Assembly (NCBI GenBank): GCA_024403935.1
Contig: JAKSQV010000002.1
Location: 22,492 to 86,491, forward strand
DNA length: 64,000 bases
Reading direction: 5' to 3'
From: Ruminococcus sp.
Lineage (GTDB): Bacteria > Bacillota > Clostridia > Oscillospirales > Ruminococcaceae
The notes beneath the pieces are model-generated. The model saw only the letters and a program-made list of their open reading frames with translations. It had not been told where the DNA came from and ran no database searches. Position numbers and translations under genes: made by a program. Of this stretch, positions 49,015 to 59,737 are shown in pieces (within the stretch, counting starts at the first letter, position 1; every line of letters starts with the position of its first letter).

Positions 49015-49593
49015 TTATTTAAGATACAAACGTATCTTCCGCCTTGCTCTCTGCATGGCATTATCAACGGATTTCTCGGATATCCCGAGCCTTTCCGCAG
49101 TTTCCTTATAACTTGCTCCTCTTATCACCGAATCGAACACCTGACGCTCTGTTGCGGAAAGCTCAGAATCAACAGCGTGCCATAGTTCTGAGAAGAACTC
49201 CTTGTTCATATAAATGCTCTCAGGAGTTTCGCTCTCGGAGAAAACCTCATCATTCAGGTCATCAATATCTTCGCACACTGCAGGGACCTTTGATTGTCTT
49301 GAACGGACGGAACGCATCCGATTCACAATACAGACCTCCGCAAAGGTTGCGAACTTCGCATTTCTGCTCGTATCAAACGACATTATCGCCTTGAGCAGAG
49401 CCATCAGCCCCTCCTGACAGAGGTCATCGCGGTCGGACTCAGAAGCGGAATACACAGCCGCCTTGATAAAGATAAGCTTGGTAAAGCGAAGTATCAGAGC
49501 CTCGCACGCGAGCTTATCGCAAGCGGCTCTTTCCGCGAGCTCCTCGTCGTTCATACCGCCGTATACATTGACATTATCAAGCAATTCTTCCAC
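49015..49593 (-). CDS. Sigma-70 family factor, SigH-like
   Basis: DDLCQEGLMALLKAI, FATFAEVCI, TPE, SEKSVDNAMQRARRK; start codon uncertain. Confidence 0.85.
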   Translation of the reverse strand: MEELLDNVNVYGGMNDEELAERAACDKLACEALILRFTKLIFIKAAVYSASESDRDDLCQEGLMALLKAIMSFDTSRNAKFATFAEVCIVNRMRSVRSRQSKVPAVCEDIDDLNDEVFSESETPESIYMNKEFFSELWHAVDSELSATERQVFDSVIRGASYKETAERLGISEKSVDNAMQRARRKIRLYLK

Positions 49594-49679
49594 CGACGAT
49601 CTCCTTGCGGTAAGATGAGCACAAAACAAAGATGTGAGGCGGTCCTTGTGATGACAGGACCGCCGTCACAGTTGTGATC

Positions 49680-51410
49680 TTAATAATCCTTTGCAGCTTC
49701 TTCCTCAGCAGCCTTCAGAAGATCAGACATATCAAAACTGAAGTTGTTCTTCTTTGAAGCAGCCTTTGTTTCAGCAGCATTGTTATTGCTGGGGTTGGCA
49801 TTGTTATGAGCAGGCTTGCTGTTATTGCTAAATGAGCCGCCGTTGTTGTACGAGCCGCCCGACACTCTTGCAAAAGCCTCATCTGCAGCAGCCGCCTTAG
49901 CAGCATTGTTTGCATTGTTATTTGAACGGCTGACAGGCTCCTTGACCTCGGGAGTCTCAAGAAGTGCTGCAGTACCGAGAGATACCTTTGCAGCCTCAAA
50001 TTCAGCCTGGGGAGCCTCAGCTCTCTCAATAGTAGCCTTATCTTCGGGCTCGATAGAATTACGAGCCTCACCGATAAGATTCTGTGCCTCGTTCATCTTG
50101 TCTGTAGCCTGACTTGTAAGTCTTGCCATAGAATCCTTGATATCAGAGAACTTTGTATTAACGCTCTCGATCTCATTGATGAGCATGAGACGTACAGTAG
50201 ATGACATAGCGTTTATCTTATCAGCTCTTGTATTAGCATCGTCAACAGTATTCTTTGCCTGAGCGTTAGCTTCCTTGATAGCCTTCTCAGCAGCAATATT
50301 AGCCTTTGCAACTGTCAGCTCGGCAGTCTCATTAGCTTCCTTGACGGTCTTCTCAGCAGTAATATTTGCTTCCTTGATTGCCTTATCAGCGTTGATCTGT
50401 GCCTCAGCAACAACTCTGTCAGCCTTCTCCTTGGCATCTCTTGTTGTGATCTCAGCATCGATCTCAGCCTGCTTCTTGAGTGCGTCAACAGTTTTCTGAG
50501 CCTCTGCGAACAGAGTACCCATCATTGCAGCAGGATTATTTGCATTTGCCTTGAGTTCAGCAATTTCCTTATTGAGGTTTGTGATCTCCTCATCCTTCTT
50601 TGCAACTGCTTCAGAAACAGCATTTTCCTTAGCCTTTGTAAGGTCAGCGATCTTGCTTTCGTTATCGGAAGCTTCCTTGATCTTGGCTTCGAGCTCAGCG
50701 GACTTAGACTTGAGATCAGCATTAAGCTTTTCGATCTCCTGCTTAGCCTTTGCAAGCTCAGCCTCAGCAGCAGGATTTCCTGCAGGTGCAGCATTAGATG
50801 CAGCCGGCTTATCAGCGGCAGCCTTCTCAGCAGCAGCGAGCTTATCGTTTGCTGTTTTGAGCTGGTCTCTGAGAGAATCAATTTCCTTCTTGGCAGTTTC
50901 AAGAGCAGCAGTAACCTGTGCATTTGCAGCAGCACCGGCAGGTGCAGCAGCAGGAGCAGCCTTTTCAGCGGCAGCAAGCTTATCATTTGAAGCCTTGAGC
51001 TGATTTCTGAGAGAGTCGATCTCCTTCTTTGCAGCTTCAAGAGCAGCCTGAGCCTGAGCATTCATCTGTCCGTTTCCGGCAGCGGCAGCAGCAGCAGGTG
51101 CAGCACCGCCAGCCTTGAGCTGAGCAATGATCTTTTCGCTCTCGTCGACTTTTTTCTGGAGTTCTTCGTTCTCCTTCTTTGCAGCTCTGAGAGCATTATT
51201 TGAAGCATTGAGCTTCTCCTGAAGGTTCTCGACCTGATTTCTGTAAGTAATAAGTTCCTGCGGGTCGGCGGGACCGTTTTCCTTAGCTGCCTTGAGTTCC
51301 TCTTCAAGGTTTGAAATTTTTGTGTTTAATTCGTCAAGATAGGTAAGTACGTCTTCTTTGACAAATCCTCCACCGATCTTGGTGGTTCGTAATACGGTTG
51401 GTTCGTCCAT
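49680..51410 (-). CDS. Long coiled-coil protein with DivIVA-like N-terminus
   Basis: GGFVKEDVLTYLDEL N-terminal motif; Ala/Glu/Lys heptads; directly downstream of ftsZ. Confidence 0.7.
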   Translation of the reverse strand: MDEPTVLRTTKIGGGFVKEDVLTYLDELNTKISNLEEELKAAKENGPADPQELITYRNQVENLQEKLNASNNALRAAKKENEELQKKVDESEKIIAQLKAGGAAPAAAAAAGNGQMNAQAQAALEAAKKEIDSLRNQLKASNDKLAAAEKAAPAAAPAGAAANAQVTAALETAKKEIDSLRDQLKTANDKLAAAEKAAADKPAASNAAPAGNPAAEAELAKAKQEIEKLNADLKSKSAELEAKIKEASDNESKIADLTKAKENAVSEAVAKKDEEITNLNKEIAELKANANNPAAMMGTLFAEAQKTVDALKKQAEIDAEITTRDAKEKADRVVAEAQINADKAIKEANITAEKTVKEANETAELTVAKANIAAEKAIKEANAQAKNTVDDANTRADKINAMSSTVRLMLINEIESVNTKFSDIKDSMARLTSQATDKMNEAQNLIGEARNSIEPEDKATIERAEAPQAEFEAAKVSLGTAALLETPEVKEPVSRSNNNANNAAKAAAADEAFARVSGGSYNNGGSFSNNSKPAHNNANPSNNNAAETKAASKKNNFSFDMSDLLKAAEEEAAKDY

Positions 51411-51575
51411 GGTTCACTCCGTTCCCCGCAGCAAGTGCGGAATAAATTTAAGGTATAATACGCCTTGTAATAATTATATCACATTCCAATTTTCAATTCA
51501 ACCATTAAAATGTAGAATTTTTTAGTTGATTTTAGTGCAATTTACTATATTAATTAAGCAGGAACGGAAAAATAA

Positions 51576-51602
51576 GCGGCTGCACAAGCTGTGTGCAGCC
51601 GC
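51576..51602 (-). terminator. Intrinsic terminator after ftsZ
   Basis: gcggctgcaca...tgtgcagccgc followed by TTATTTTT on the minus strand. Confidence 0.75.
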
Positions 51603-51619
51603 AAACGTATCTCTGTGAT

Positions 51620-52750
51620 TCAGTTGCCGAGGATCTTGAGGATATCGTCAAGATCATAATCAGTGCTGGATGAAACAGGCTTGGGATCGCTGGCACCAAG
51701 TCCAAGGCCGTCAATAAGAGGATTATCGATCTGGATTATGTCATCGAGTTCGCTTGCGCCCTCTTCACCGAGAGTATCATCAACAGGCATATCAGTATCA
51801 TCAAAGCCTGCTGCAATAACCGTAATTGTCATCTCATCCTGCATATCCTCCTTGAATGCAGTACCGAAGATGAACTCAACACCATCAGCAGCTGTATCTG
51901 TGATCATCTTTGTTGCCTCATCAACATCAGCAGAAAGAACATCCTCTGACATAGCGATATTGATAAGGAGTCTCTTTGCACCCGAGATGGATGTCTCAAG
52001 CAGCGGGCTCGAAATAACTGCATTTGCAGCTTCCTTTGCCTTCTCCTTGCCGGAGCCGTGACCGATAGCCATGTGAGCGTATCCTGCGCCTCTCATGATA
52101 GTGGAAACGTCGGCAAAATCGAGGTTTATGTATCCTTCCTCAACAATGAGGTCTGAAATGCTCTTTACACCTGTCTTAAGAACGTCATCCGAAAGTGAGA
52201 ACGACTGCTTCATTGTAAGCTGCTGCTTACCATCGAGAAGCTTTTCGTTAGGGATAACGATAAGTGAATCGACGTACTTTCTGAGCTCAGCAATACCTTT
52301 TTCAGCCTGAGCCATTTTCTGCTCTCTCTCAAAGAGGAAGGGCTTTGTTACAACAGCAACAGTAAGTATATCCATTTCCTTGGCGATCTTTGCAACAACG
52401 GGAGCTGCGCCTGTACCTGTTCCGCCGCCCATACCTGCTGTGATAAAGATCATATCAGCGCCCTTGAGATGAGCTTCGATCTCGTCTCTGTTTTCTTCAG
52501 CACTGCGCTGACCGATCTCAGGCTTGTTGCCTGCACCTCTGCCCTCTGTGAGCTTGGTGCCTATCGGGATTCTTGTAGTCGCCTTGGATTTCTTAAGAGC
52601 TTTAGCGTCAGTATCGATAGCGATGTACTCGATATCATTGACACCTGAATCTACCATGCAGTTAACAGCGTTTCCACCGCCGCCGCCGACACCTATGACT
52701 TTTATGTTAACATCGGGTTCCATTGCTTCTTCATAATTAAAATCTGACAT
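51620..52750 (-). CDS. ftsZ: Cell division protein FtsZ
   Basis: [27 protein letters not shown]. Confidence 0.97.
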   Translation of the reverse strand: MSDFNYEEAMEPDVNIKVIGVGGGGGNAVNCMVDSGVNDIEYIAIDTDAKALKKSKATTRIPIGTKLTEGRGAGNKPEIGQRSAEENRDEIEAHLKGADMIFITAGMGGGTGTGAAPVVAKIAKEMDILTVAVVTKPFLFEREQKMAQAEKGIAELRKYVDSLIVIPNEKLLDGKQQLTMKQSFSLSDDVLKTGVKSISDLIVEEGYINLDFADVSTIMRGAGYAHMAIGHGSGKEKAKEAANAVISSPLLETSISGAKRLLINIAMSEDVLSADVDEATKMITDTAADGVEFIFGTAFKEDMQDEMTITVIAAGFDDTDMPVDDTLGEEGASELDDIIQIDNPLIDGLGLGASDPKPVSSSTDYDLDDILKILGN

Positions 52751-52926
52751 TTGGAAACTCCTCCTAAACTTTATTTCTGTATCTTTTAAGTAAATTTCAC
52801 CCTACAAATACACATATTATTTTAGCATATTATTCTGATTTTTGCAAGTAATCACACAATATTTTGAAATTTCGTCACTCTGCACAAACAGCAAAGAAGT
52901 TTCAGGCTGTATTTACAGCGTTGTGC

Positions 52927-53973
52927 TTATTGATTATCGTATATTTCGGGATTTTCGTAGTCTTCATATCCGAAATCATCGCCGTACCAGTCCCCTCCGC
53001 CTTCATTCTGATCGTCATACTGAGCATCATCCTGCCAGTCATTTGCTCCTGCATCAGGCACTTCAGCGGGTGTATCGTCCTGCCAGCTATAATCAGGAAC
53101 TGCCGATGTTGTTGTAGCTGTTGTAGTATTCACGGGCACGCCGTTCTCATCCGTCACGACAGGCGGAGCTGTATCCTCAGCAAGCTCACCGCTCATACGG
53201 AAGCTGCACTGATTGGAGCCGATCATCGTGAGATAGCCCTTTTTGCCCTTGATACTCTCATCATTCATAGCAGTCTGTGCGAGATCAAGCTTGTACTCCA
53301 CATCATTCCAGTTGCCCATTTTGAAAATGAGACCGTTTCTGTAATTGACAGTTATCGCGTACTCATTTGTAAGGTCTATCGATGATATATCTGTATTGTC
53401 ATCCCTGTCAAAGCGGCTTATGAGCTGTGTGAACGCATCATACTTGCTCTCATTCTTTGACTGTATCGGTTTTCCCGGTTCTGTATCAGCAGGTTCAAAA
53501 CCGTATATTATCGGAAGATTTTCAGTATCCGTATAGAAATCATTGTCTGCGAGTATCTTACCCTTTCGGCTGACGAGCAGAACACCCTTGTCATACTGAA
53601 TGTTGTATGCAGGAATACAGCGCGTTACGGTTATTCTCAGAGTGGACGGGAAGTCCCTGTCCACCTTTGCGGTCTCAACATAAAGAAGGCTGTCAAGGAT
53701 ACGCTGCTCCGCCTTTTTGCAGTCGAGCCTGAACAGATTATCTCCTGCGTGAACACCCGACGCCTCAACTATTTCCATATAGGTATAAGTCTCGGACTCG
53801 CCCGAGATCACAATCTCGTCAGCATTAAACAGAAAGGTAAAGCACATCGTTATTCCGACAGTCAGCACGAGCAGCACCACGATCACCGCATAGATGCTCA
53901 TCATGCGTTTCCTGCGGCGCATACGCTTTCCGCTGTTTTTCCTTTCTATTTTTGTTTTTTCGACATCGTTCAT
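52927..53973 (-). CDS. ftsQ: Cell division protein FtsQ/DivIB
   Basis: Basic N-terminus, single TM, POTRA-like segment (RDFPSTLRITV), position between murA and ftsZ. Confidence 0.8.
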   Translation of the reverse strand: MNDVEKTKIERKNSGKRMRRRKRMMSIYAVIVVLLVLTVGITMCFTFLFNADEIVISGESETYTYMEIVEASGVHAGDNLFRLDCKKAEQRILDSLLYVETAKVDRDFPSTLRITVTRCIPAYNIQYDKGVLLVSRKGKILADNDFYTDTENLPIIYGFEPADTEPGKPIQSKNESKYDAFTQLISRFDRDDNTDISSIDLTNEYAITVNYRNGLIFKMGNWNDVEYKLDLAQTAMNDESIKGKKGYLTMIGSNQCSFRMSGELAEDTAPPVVTDENGVPVNTTTATTTSAVPDYSWQDDTPAEVPDAGANDWQDDAQYDDQNEGGGDWYGDDFGYEDYENPEIYDNQ

Positions 53974-53994
53974 ACTAACACCAAACCCTGCCGC

Positions 53995-55254
53995 TCACAC
54001 ACGGCGTATCTTTCCGCCGAGGCAGCTTACAGTCTCCTCAAATTTTTCATATCCCCTGTCAATATGTGATATTCCGCTCAGACAGGTAGTTCCTTCTGCA
54101 GCAAGTGCCGCTGCAGCCATAGCCGCTCCGCCGCGCAGATCGGTCGCATTAATATCCGCACCGTGAAGTCCTGCAACTCCGCGTACAACAGCGACCTTCC
54201 CCAGCACCTCAATATCCGCGCCCATCTTGTTCAGCGCGTCCGTATGGCGGTATCGGCAGTCAAAAATATTCTCCTCAAAAACGCTTGCTCCGTCAGCCAC
54301 TGCGAGAGCCGCCATCAGCACAGCCTGCGCGTCAGTGGGAAATCCCGGATGCGGCATCGTGCGTATCCTTTCACGAATTGCCCTGAGCCGTGCGCCGCTT
54401 CTGAGGTATATCCTGTTCTCTGCAGTATATATGCGGCAGCCCGTCTGCTCAAGCACTGAGAGAAACGGCTCCATTTCCGCAACACAGGCATTTTTAAGTA
54501 TTATCTCTCCGCCTGCCGCAGCAGTCATCGAGAGGTAAGTTGCTCCGGCGATACGGTCGGGCATTACGATGTGCTCGCAGCCGCGGAGTTTTTCCGTGCC
54601 GCATATCACTATCGTACCTCCGCCGTCGCCTTTTATCTCAGCACCGCGTTTCCGCAGGAATGAGCAGAGATCACATATCTCAGGCTCGCGGGCAGCGTTG
54701 TTGATGATAGTCTCTCCATCTGCGCAGACCGCACAGAGGATGATGTTCTCGGTCGCACCGACTGAAGGAAACGGCAGATTTATCTTTGCTCCGTGTGCTC
54801 TGCCTCCTGCAATGCGGCAGTATATCCTGCCGCCGCTGTCGGAAATATCTGCGCCCATTTTTCTCATTGCCGCAAGGTGCATATCGATCGGCCGCGGCCC
54901 AAGCTCGCACCCTCCGGGGACACTGAACGTACACTCGCCCATCCTTCCGAGGATTGCTCCCATGAACATAATTGACGAACGCATTTCGCGCATGAGTTCT
55001 TCGGGGATCTCCGAGCCTGAAGCTCCGCACGGATCAATAACGGCAGCACCGTCGGAAAATGTGCATCTGCATCCAAGACCGCCGAGTATCCTCGAAGCGG
55101 AAAAGACATCCGTCAGCATCGGACAGTTTCTCAGCACCGATCTGCCTTCTCCGAGAAGAGCAGCCGCCATAATGGGAAGAATACTGTTTTTGCTGCCCTG
55201 CAGAGTCAGCTCGCCGCTGAGACGGCTGCCTCCAGTGATGATGAATTTCTGCAT
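53995..55254 (-). CDS. murA: UDP-N-acetylglucosamine 1-carboxyvinyltransferase
   Basis: GSKNSILP, MRSS, PGGCELGPRPIDMH, SVGATEN, PGFPTD, TDLRGGAA. Confidence 0.95.
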   Translation of the reverse strand: MQKFIITGGSRLSGELTLQGSKNSILPIMAAALLGEGRSVLRNCPMLTDVFSASRILGGLGCRCTFSDGAAVIDPCGASGSEIPEELMREMRSSIMFMGAILGRMGECTFSVPGGCELGPRPIDMHLAAMRKMGADISDSGGRIYCRIAGGRAHGAKINLPFPSVGATENIILCAVCADGETIINNAAREPEICDLCSFLRKRGAEIKGDGGGTIVICGTEKLRGCEHIVMPDRIAGATYLSMTAAAGGEIILKNACVAEMEPFLSVLEQTGCRIYTAENRIYLRSGARLRAIRERIRTMPHPGFPTDAQAVLMAALAVADGASVFEENIFDCRYRHTDALNKMGADIEVLGKVAVVRGVAGLHGADINATDLRGGAAMAAAALAAEGTTCLSGISHIDRGYEKFEETVSCLGGKIRRV

Positions 55255-55279
55255 AATACCACCTCGCAGCTTTTTATGT

Positions 55280-55305
55280 ATATTATGCTGCTTAGCGGTG
55301 GTATG
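55280..55305 (-). promoter_or_regulatory. Putative SigE-type (mother-cell) promoter for murA
   Basis: CATA-N14-CATAATAT on the minus strand. Confidence 0.4.
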
Positions 55306-55318
55306 TTACCGATGTGCG

Positions 55319-56203
55319 TCATTCCGCACTGTTCTGTTTCAGGTTTGCCTGAAGGAATCTGTCAAAAGTTTCTGACATCTCATCGGGAATGACAGCATAC
55401 ATCATGTGTCCCTTGTCCGAAAGATGTATCTCGCCTCCGCTTTTTTCCGCGAAATCCTGTCCGAAGTTTCTCCAGCTCAGGTTTTTGCTGAGCGTTCTCA
55501 TGTCGCTGATGAAGAAACAGCACGGGCATTTCAGCGCACCCGTATCAGCGGCTTTTTTCGCATTTTCCGTCATGAGGCGCGACTCCTCATAGTATTCGCG
55601 GTTCGCAATGTTCTTGTAAAAGAGTCTGCGGTAGACCTGCTTCTCCCCGTCCGTAAGCTCGTCCCCTGTCATAAGACCTGAGACATTCTCCGTCTTATTC
55701 TTTATCAGCTTTGCAAGAAAGCCGCCCTTTGCGATCTTTTTGAGCAATCCCGACTGTCTGTCGAGCTGTTTCAGGCGTTTCTCCTCAGTTATCTCCTCGG
55801 ACTGCCTTACTGCAAGCTCAGGGACTCCCATGTCCATGCCGAGCACCGCACTTACTTCGTCGGGAAATGTATTTGCCCAGTAGACAGTTTCAAATCCCGA
55901 GTAGGAATGTGCAGCGAGAACATAAGGCGGCTCAAGACCTGCCTTTCTGAGAGCCTCGCGGTCAGCGGCAACAAGATTCTCCACCGTGCGCGGCTCGGTC
56001 ATGCTTCCGCTGAAACCGTAGCCTGCCTTCTCAATGACCGCTATACGGTACTTCTTCGACATTCGCCTGTATACCGGCTTATATTCAAGCACGGGGCAAG
56101 TCACTCCGCTGCCTGACAAGAATACTATTGTGATGTCACCGTCGCCCTCTGTATAGACATTCATCAAAGTGCCGCGGACATCCACCTTGTTTTCTAAATT
56201 CAT
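55319..56203 (-). CDS. Alpha/beta hydrolase
   Basis: VFLSGSG, EKAGYGFS, AHSYSG nucleophile elbow, C-terminal GH. Confidence 0.85.
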   Translation of the reverse strand: MNLENKVDVRGTLMNVYTEGDGDITIVFLSGSGVTCPVLEYKPVYRRMSKKYRIAVIEKAGYGFSGSMTEPRTVENLVAADREALRKAGLEPPYVLAAHSYSGFETVYWANTFPDEVSAVLGMDMGVPELAVRQSEEITEEKRLKQLDRQSGLLKKIAKGGFLAKLIKNKTENVSGLMTGDELTDGEKQVYRRLFYKNIANREYYEESRLMTENAKKAADTGALKCPCCFFISDMRTLSKNLSWRNFGQDFAEKSGGEIHLSDKGHMMYAVIPDEMSETFDRFLQANLKQNSAE

Positions 56204-57333
56204 TTCTTCCCCTTAGCGATAAGCTTGTCAATGACCGCAAGGATGCGCTCATTCGTATCGGAAAGATGGAGATCTGCCGCGCTCTGAGACATTACCTCAA
56301 CGCAGCCCTGATCGTTATACAGTCTCTCGATCTCGGAAATGATCTTTTCATTCGTGACATCCTTCTGTTCCATGACAACTGCTGCGCCCGCTTTGCCGAG
56401 CACCATTGCGTTATGGTACTGGTGGTTGCCTGCAACTATCGGAGAAGGTATAAGTATCGAAGCTTTTCCTGCTGCTTCAAGCTCCGCAAGAGTGGAAGCT
56501 CCGGCGCGGCAGATTACGAGATCGGCAGCCGCAAGGCACACATCCATATCGTTTATGTATTCGGTTATCCTCAGACGTTCGCTTTTCAGCGGTATCCCTG
56601 CCTTCTCCATAGCCTGCGGGAAGGTATCCTTTCCCATTCCGCCGTAGCCGTGGATGTGGTTGATGCTGAGTTTCCTGCTTGTGTGCCACTTGATGACCTC
56701 AGTCATCGTTTCATTTATGCAGCCTGCACCGAGACTTCCGCCGAACGAAAGAATGGTGAAATCATCATTGAAGCCGAGACGCTTTCTTGCCTCTGACTTT
56801 GGCATCGTGTTTATGCTGCTCCTGACGGGAAGTCCCGTAACGCTGTACTCAAACCTGCTCTTGTCCATGAAATCGAGTGCTTCCTTGACAGTAAGCATTA
56901 CATAGTCAACTTCCTTGGAAAGCAGCCTGTTTGTCACGCCCGGATAGGCGTTCTGCTCGTGGATAGCCGTAGGTATCCCCATTTTTGCAGCCTTGCGTAT
57001 TACAGGACCTGCGGCATAACCGCCTGTTCCTATGGCAATATCGGGCTTGAACCCCTCAATTATCTGCTTAGCTCTCCTGCCCGAAGATGCAAGATATGCA
57101 AGAGCTTTGGCATTTCTGCCGATATTCTCCAATGATATCTGTCTCTGAAATCCTGCGACCTTTATGGTCTCCATTTTATAACCTGCCTGCGGAACAAGCT
57201 TTGCTTCCATGCCTTTCGGCGTCCCTGCAAACAGTATCTCGGTATCAGGATACTTTGACTTTATTATGTCTGCGATAGCGAGGCCGGGATTGATGTGTCC
57301 GCCCGTTCCTCCGCATGAGATAAGAACTCTCAT
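56200..57333 (-). CDS. murG: MurG glycosyltransferase
   Basis: GGTGGHINP, GTGGYAAGP, HEQNAYPG, GGSLGA, RAGASTLAE. Confidence 0.96.
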   Translation of the reverse strand: MRVLISCGGTGGHINPGLAIADIIKSKYPDTEILFAGTPKGMEAKLVPQAGYKMETIKVAGFQRQISLENIGRNAKALAYLASSGRRAKQIIEGFKPDIAIGTGGYAAGPVIRKAAKMGIPTAIHEQNAYPGVTNRLLSKEVDYVMLTVKEALDFMDKSRFEYSVTGLPVRSSINTMPKSEARKRLGFNDDFTILSFGGSLGAGCINETMTEVIKWHTSRKLSINHIHGYGGMGKDTFPQAMEKAGIPLKSERLRITEYINDMDVCLAAADLVICRAGASTLAELEAAGKASILIPSPIVAGNHQYHNAMVLGKAGAAVVMEQKDVTNEKIISEIERLYNDQGCVEVMSQSAADLHLSDTNERILAVIDKLIAKGKK

Positions 57334-57345
57334 ATAACCGCTCCT

Positions 57346-58626
57346 TTATGCGTTTTTTGGATCGCTGTAATCCTCGCCGTTATCAGTGTCGTCTGCCGTC
57401 ACTGTCTCATTCTTTTCAGGCGGATAGTATCTGTGCTGCGATATATTGAGCATGATACCCATTTCAACGAGCTGCATTACCAGCGCAGTGCCTCCGTAGC
57501 TGAAGAACGGAAGTGATATACCCGTATTCGGGATGAGATTGCTGACAACCGCGAGGTTCAGAACGGTCTGTATGCCTATCTGAGTGGTTATGCCGACAGC
57601 TATCAGCATACCGAATCTGTCCTTGCAGCGTACTGCTATCGAATACCCCTCAACAACGAGGAGGAAGAATACAATGATTATCGCAAGAGCTCCGACAAAA
57701 CCGATCTCCTCGCACACTATCGGGAAAACAAAGTCATTCTTTGTTTCGGGAAGATAGAGGTACTTCTGACGGGAGTTACCGAGTCCGAGTCCGAACAATC
57801 CGCCCGAGCCGATCGCAATTATGGAGTTTGCCGTCTGCCATGTTACATCAAGCACATCCGAGAAGGGATCTCTCCATGATTCGATACGGCTTGCAACGTA
57901 GCTTCCGGGTATCTTGGACTGCCATGTTACATAGCCGAACGCTCCGAGAACCGCAGTAACTCCGAGTGCCGTGTACTGCTTCCAGTTTGCACCGCCGCAG
58001 AGTATCATGGCTATCGCAATTGAGCCGATGAGCATGATACCCGAGATATGCTTCTCAAGTGCAATGAGTCCGACATATATTCCGAGGAGCACAACATACT
58101 TGACAATGCCAGTTTTGAACTCCTTCATTTTTTGTGCATCACGTTCCATGCTGTACGCAAAGAAGATGATAAGCGCAAGCTTTGCGACCTCTGACGGCTG
58201 AAAGTTGACAGGTCCTATATCTATCCAGCGCTTCGCGCCCATTGAGCCGCCCTCGTCGTTACCCATTACCAGTACCATGACGAGCAGCACAGCAACCGTA
58301 ACATAGAATATTCCTGCGATATTGAAGCTTTTCAGTATCGGGAGCTTTATCTTCTTGAAGTTGTGGTAGTCCATCTTCATGAAGAATATCATTGCAACGA
58401 ATCCGAGACCTGCATACAAAGCCTGCTTCTTGGCATAGTAAAGACCGTCGCCGAAATCGCTGTAAGCCCATGCATAGCTTGCAGAAGCCATCATAACGAG
58501 TCCGACTACGAGCAGTATCATTACATAAGCAAAGAAAGCAACGCTTATATCGCCCGTCCTGCCGTCACCTATGAAGAACCGCAGGATACCGCCACGTTTT
58601 TTTCCTTTTTTTCCTGTCTTTGCCAT
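57346..58626 (-). CDS. ftsW: FtsW/SpoVE SEDS protein
   Basis: GAKRWI, QPSEVAK, GSGGLFGLGLGNS, LPE, PNTGISLPFFSYGG. Confidence 0.92.
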   Translation of the reverse strand: MAKTGKKGKKRGGILRFFIGDGRTGDISVAFFAYVMILLVVGLVMMASASYAWAYSDFGDGLYYAKKQALYAGLGFVAMIFFMKMDYHNFKKIKLPILKSFNIAGIFYVTVAVLLVMVLVMGNDEGGSMGAKRWIDIGPVNFQPSEVAKLALIIFFAYSMERDAQKMKEFKTGIVKYVVLLGIYVGLIALEKHISGIMLIGSIAIAMILCGGANWKQYTALGVTAVLGAFGYVTWQSKIPGSYVASRIESWRDPFSDVLDVTWQTANSIIAIGSGGLFGLGLGNSRQKYLYLPETKNDFVFPIVCEEIGFVGALAIIIVFFLLVVEGYSIAVRCKDRFGMLIAVGITTQIGIQTVLNLAVVSNLIPNTGISLPFFSYGGTALVMQLVEMGIMLNISQHRYYPPEKNETVTADDTDNGEDYSDPKNA

Positions 58627-58657
58627 TGTGACCTCCTACAGTCCGAAATGTATGTTG

Positions 58658-59719
58658 TCAGAAAACAAGCAGAGATACTATACCGAGCACTCCGAAGATC
58701 ATACCTGCAAGCGAGAAGGTAATAACGATCTTGTACTCGCTGTAGCCGCTCATTTCAAAGTGGTGATGGATAGGCGTCATCTTGAAGATGCGCTGTCCCT
58801 GATGATCAGCACGGAACTTCTTGGTCAGCTTGAAGTAGCTCACCTGTATCATTACCGACAGAGCCTCGATTATGTACACAAGGGCAGTCAGAAGTATCAG
58901 CAGGTGATTATGGAGAACAAGACCAACTCCTGTAACAGCCGCACCGAGGAACATTGAACCTGTATCGCCCATAAAGCATTTTGCAGGGTTGAGATTCCAG
59001 ATAAGGAATCCGAGACATCCGCCTGCAAGTGCCATTGTGAAGCACGAGATCTCATTCTCGCACAGAATAGCACTGCTTATGGTAAATATCAGCATGGCAA
59101 CGAAGGTGACCGAGCCGCACAGACCGTCAACTCCGTCTGTAAGATTTACCGCATTTGTAAGGTAGATTATTACAAGGAACATCAGTATATAATAGAAGAT
59201 GCCCAGTGAAGGAGACTCCCAGAAGCCGAGGTTTATCGTCGTGCTTCCGTCTCCGAACCTGTACATCATGAACAGGAAACCGAATCCGAACAAGGTCTGG
59301 AGAGCGATCTTCTGCCACGGAGACAGACCGTCATTGTTCTTGCGAGCGACCTTGGTATAATCGTCAATGAAGCCGATAAGTCCGAACAGGAACGAGAATA
59401 CCATAACACTGAGCATTCGGTAGAAAGCCTTGTGGGTTTCGGGAGATGTCGTATCAAGTCCGTATGTGATGCGGTATGCCCAGTATCCGCCTATTGCAGT
59501 GATAAGCGTTGATATGATGAACATAAAGCCGCCCATTGTGGGAGTTCCCTGCTTCTTGGCGTGCCACTGCGGGCCGTCCTCGGTCTTGATAGGCTGACCG
59601 AACTTTATCCTGTGCAGGAACGGCACCAGCCATTTACCCGATATACCTGCTATCGCAAACGAAAGCAGTGCGGTGAACAGATTAATGATCCATAATGACA
59701 TAAGATAGAACAACTCCAA
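58658..59719 (-). CDS. mraY: Phospho-N-acetylmuramoyl-pentapeptide transferase
   Basis: KQGTPTMGG, IGFIDDY, NAVNLTDGVDGL, FMGDTGS, PIHHHFE. Confidence 0.96.
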   Translation of the reverse strand: MELFYLMSLWIINLFTALLSFAIAGISGKWLVPFLHRIKFGQPIKTEDGPQWHAKKQGTPTMGGFMFIISTLITAIGGYWAYRITYGLDTTSPETHKAFYRMLSVMVFSFLFGLIGFIDDYTKVARKNNDGLSPWQKIALQTLFGFGFLFMMYRFGDGSTTINLGFWESPSLGIFYYILMFLVIIYLTNAVNLTDGVDGLCGSVTFVAMLIFTISSAILCENEISCFTMALAGGCLGFLIWNLNPAKCFMGDTGSMFLGAAVTGVGLVLHNHLLILLTALVYIIEALSVMIQVSYFKLTKKFRADHQGQRIFKMTPIHHHFEMSGYSEYKIVITFSLAGMIFGVLGIVSLLVF

Positions 59720-59737
59720 TATTTTGATATATTCTTT

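Noticed and set aside
53100-53170. TDENG motif shared by the FtsQ tail, the lipoprotein and the PBP (TNENG)
   Set aside because: A common beta-turn sequence that also occurs in the acyl-CoA synthetase (ADENG); not specific enough to call a signal by itself.
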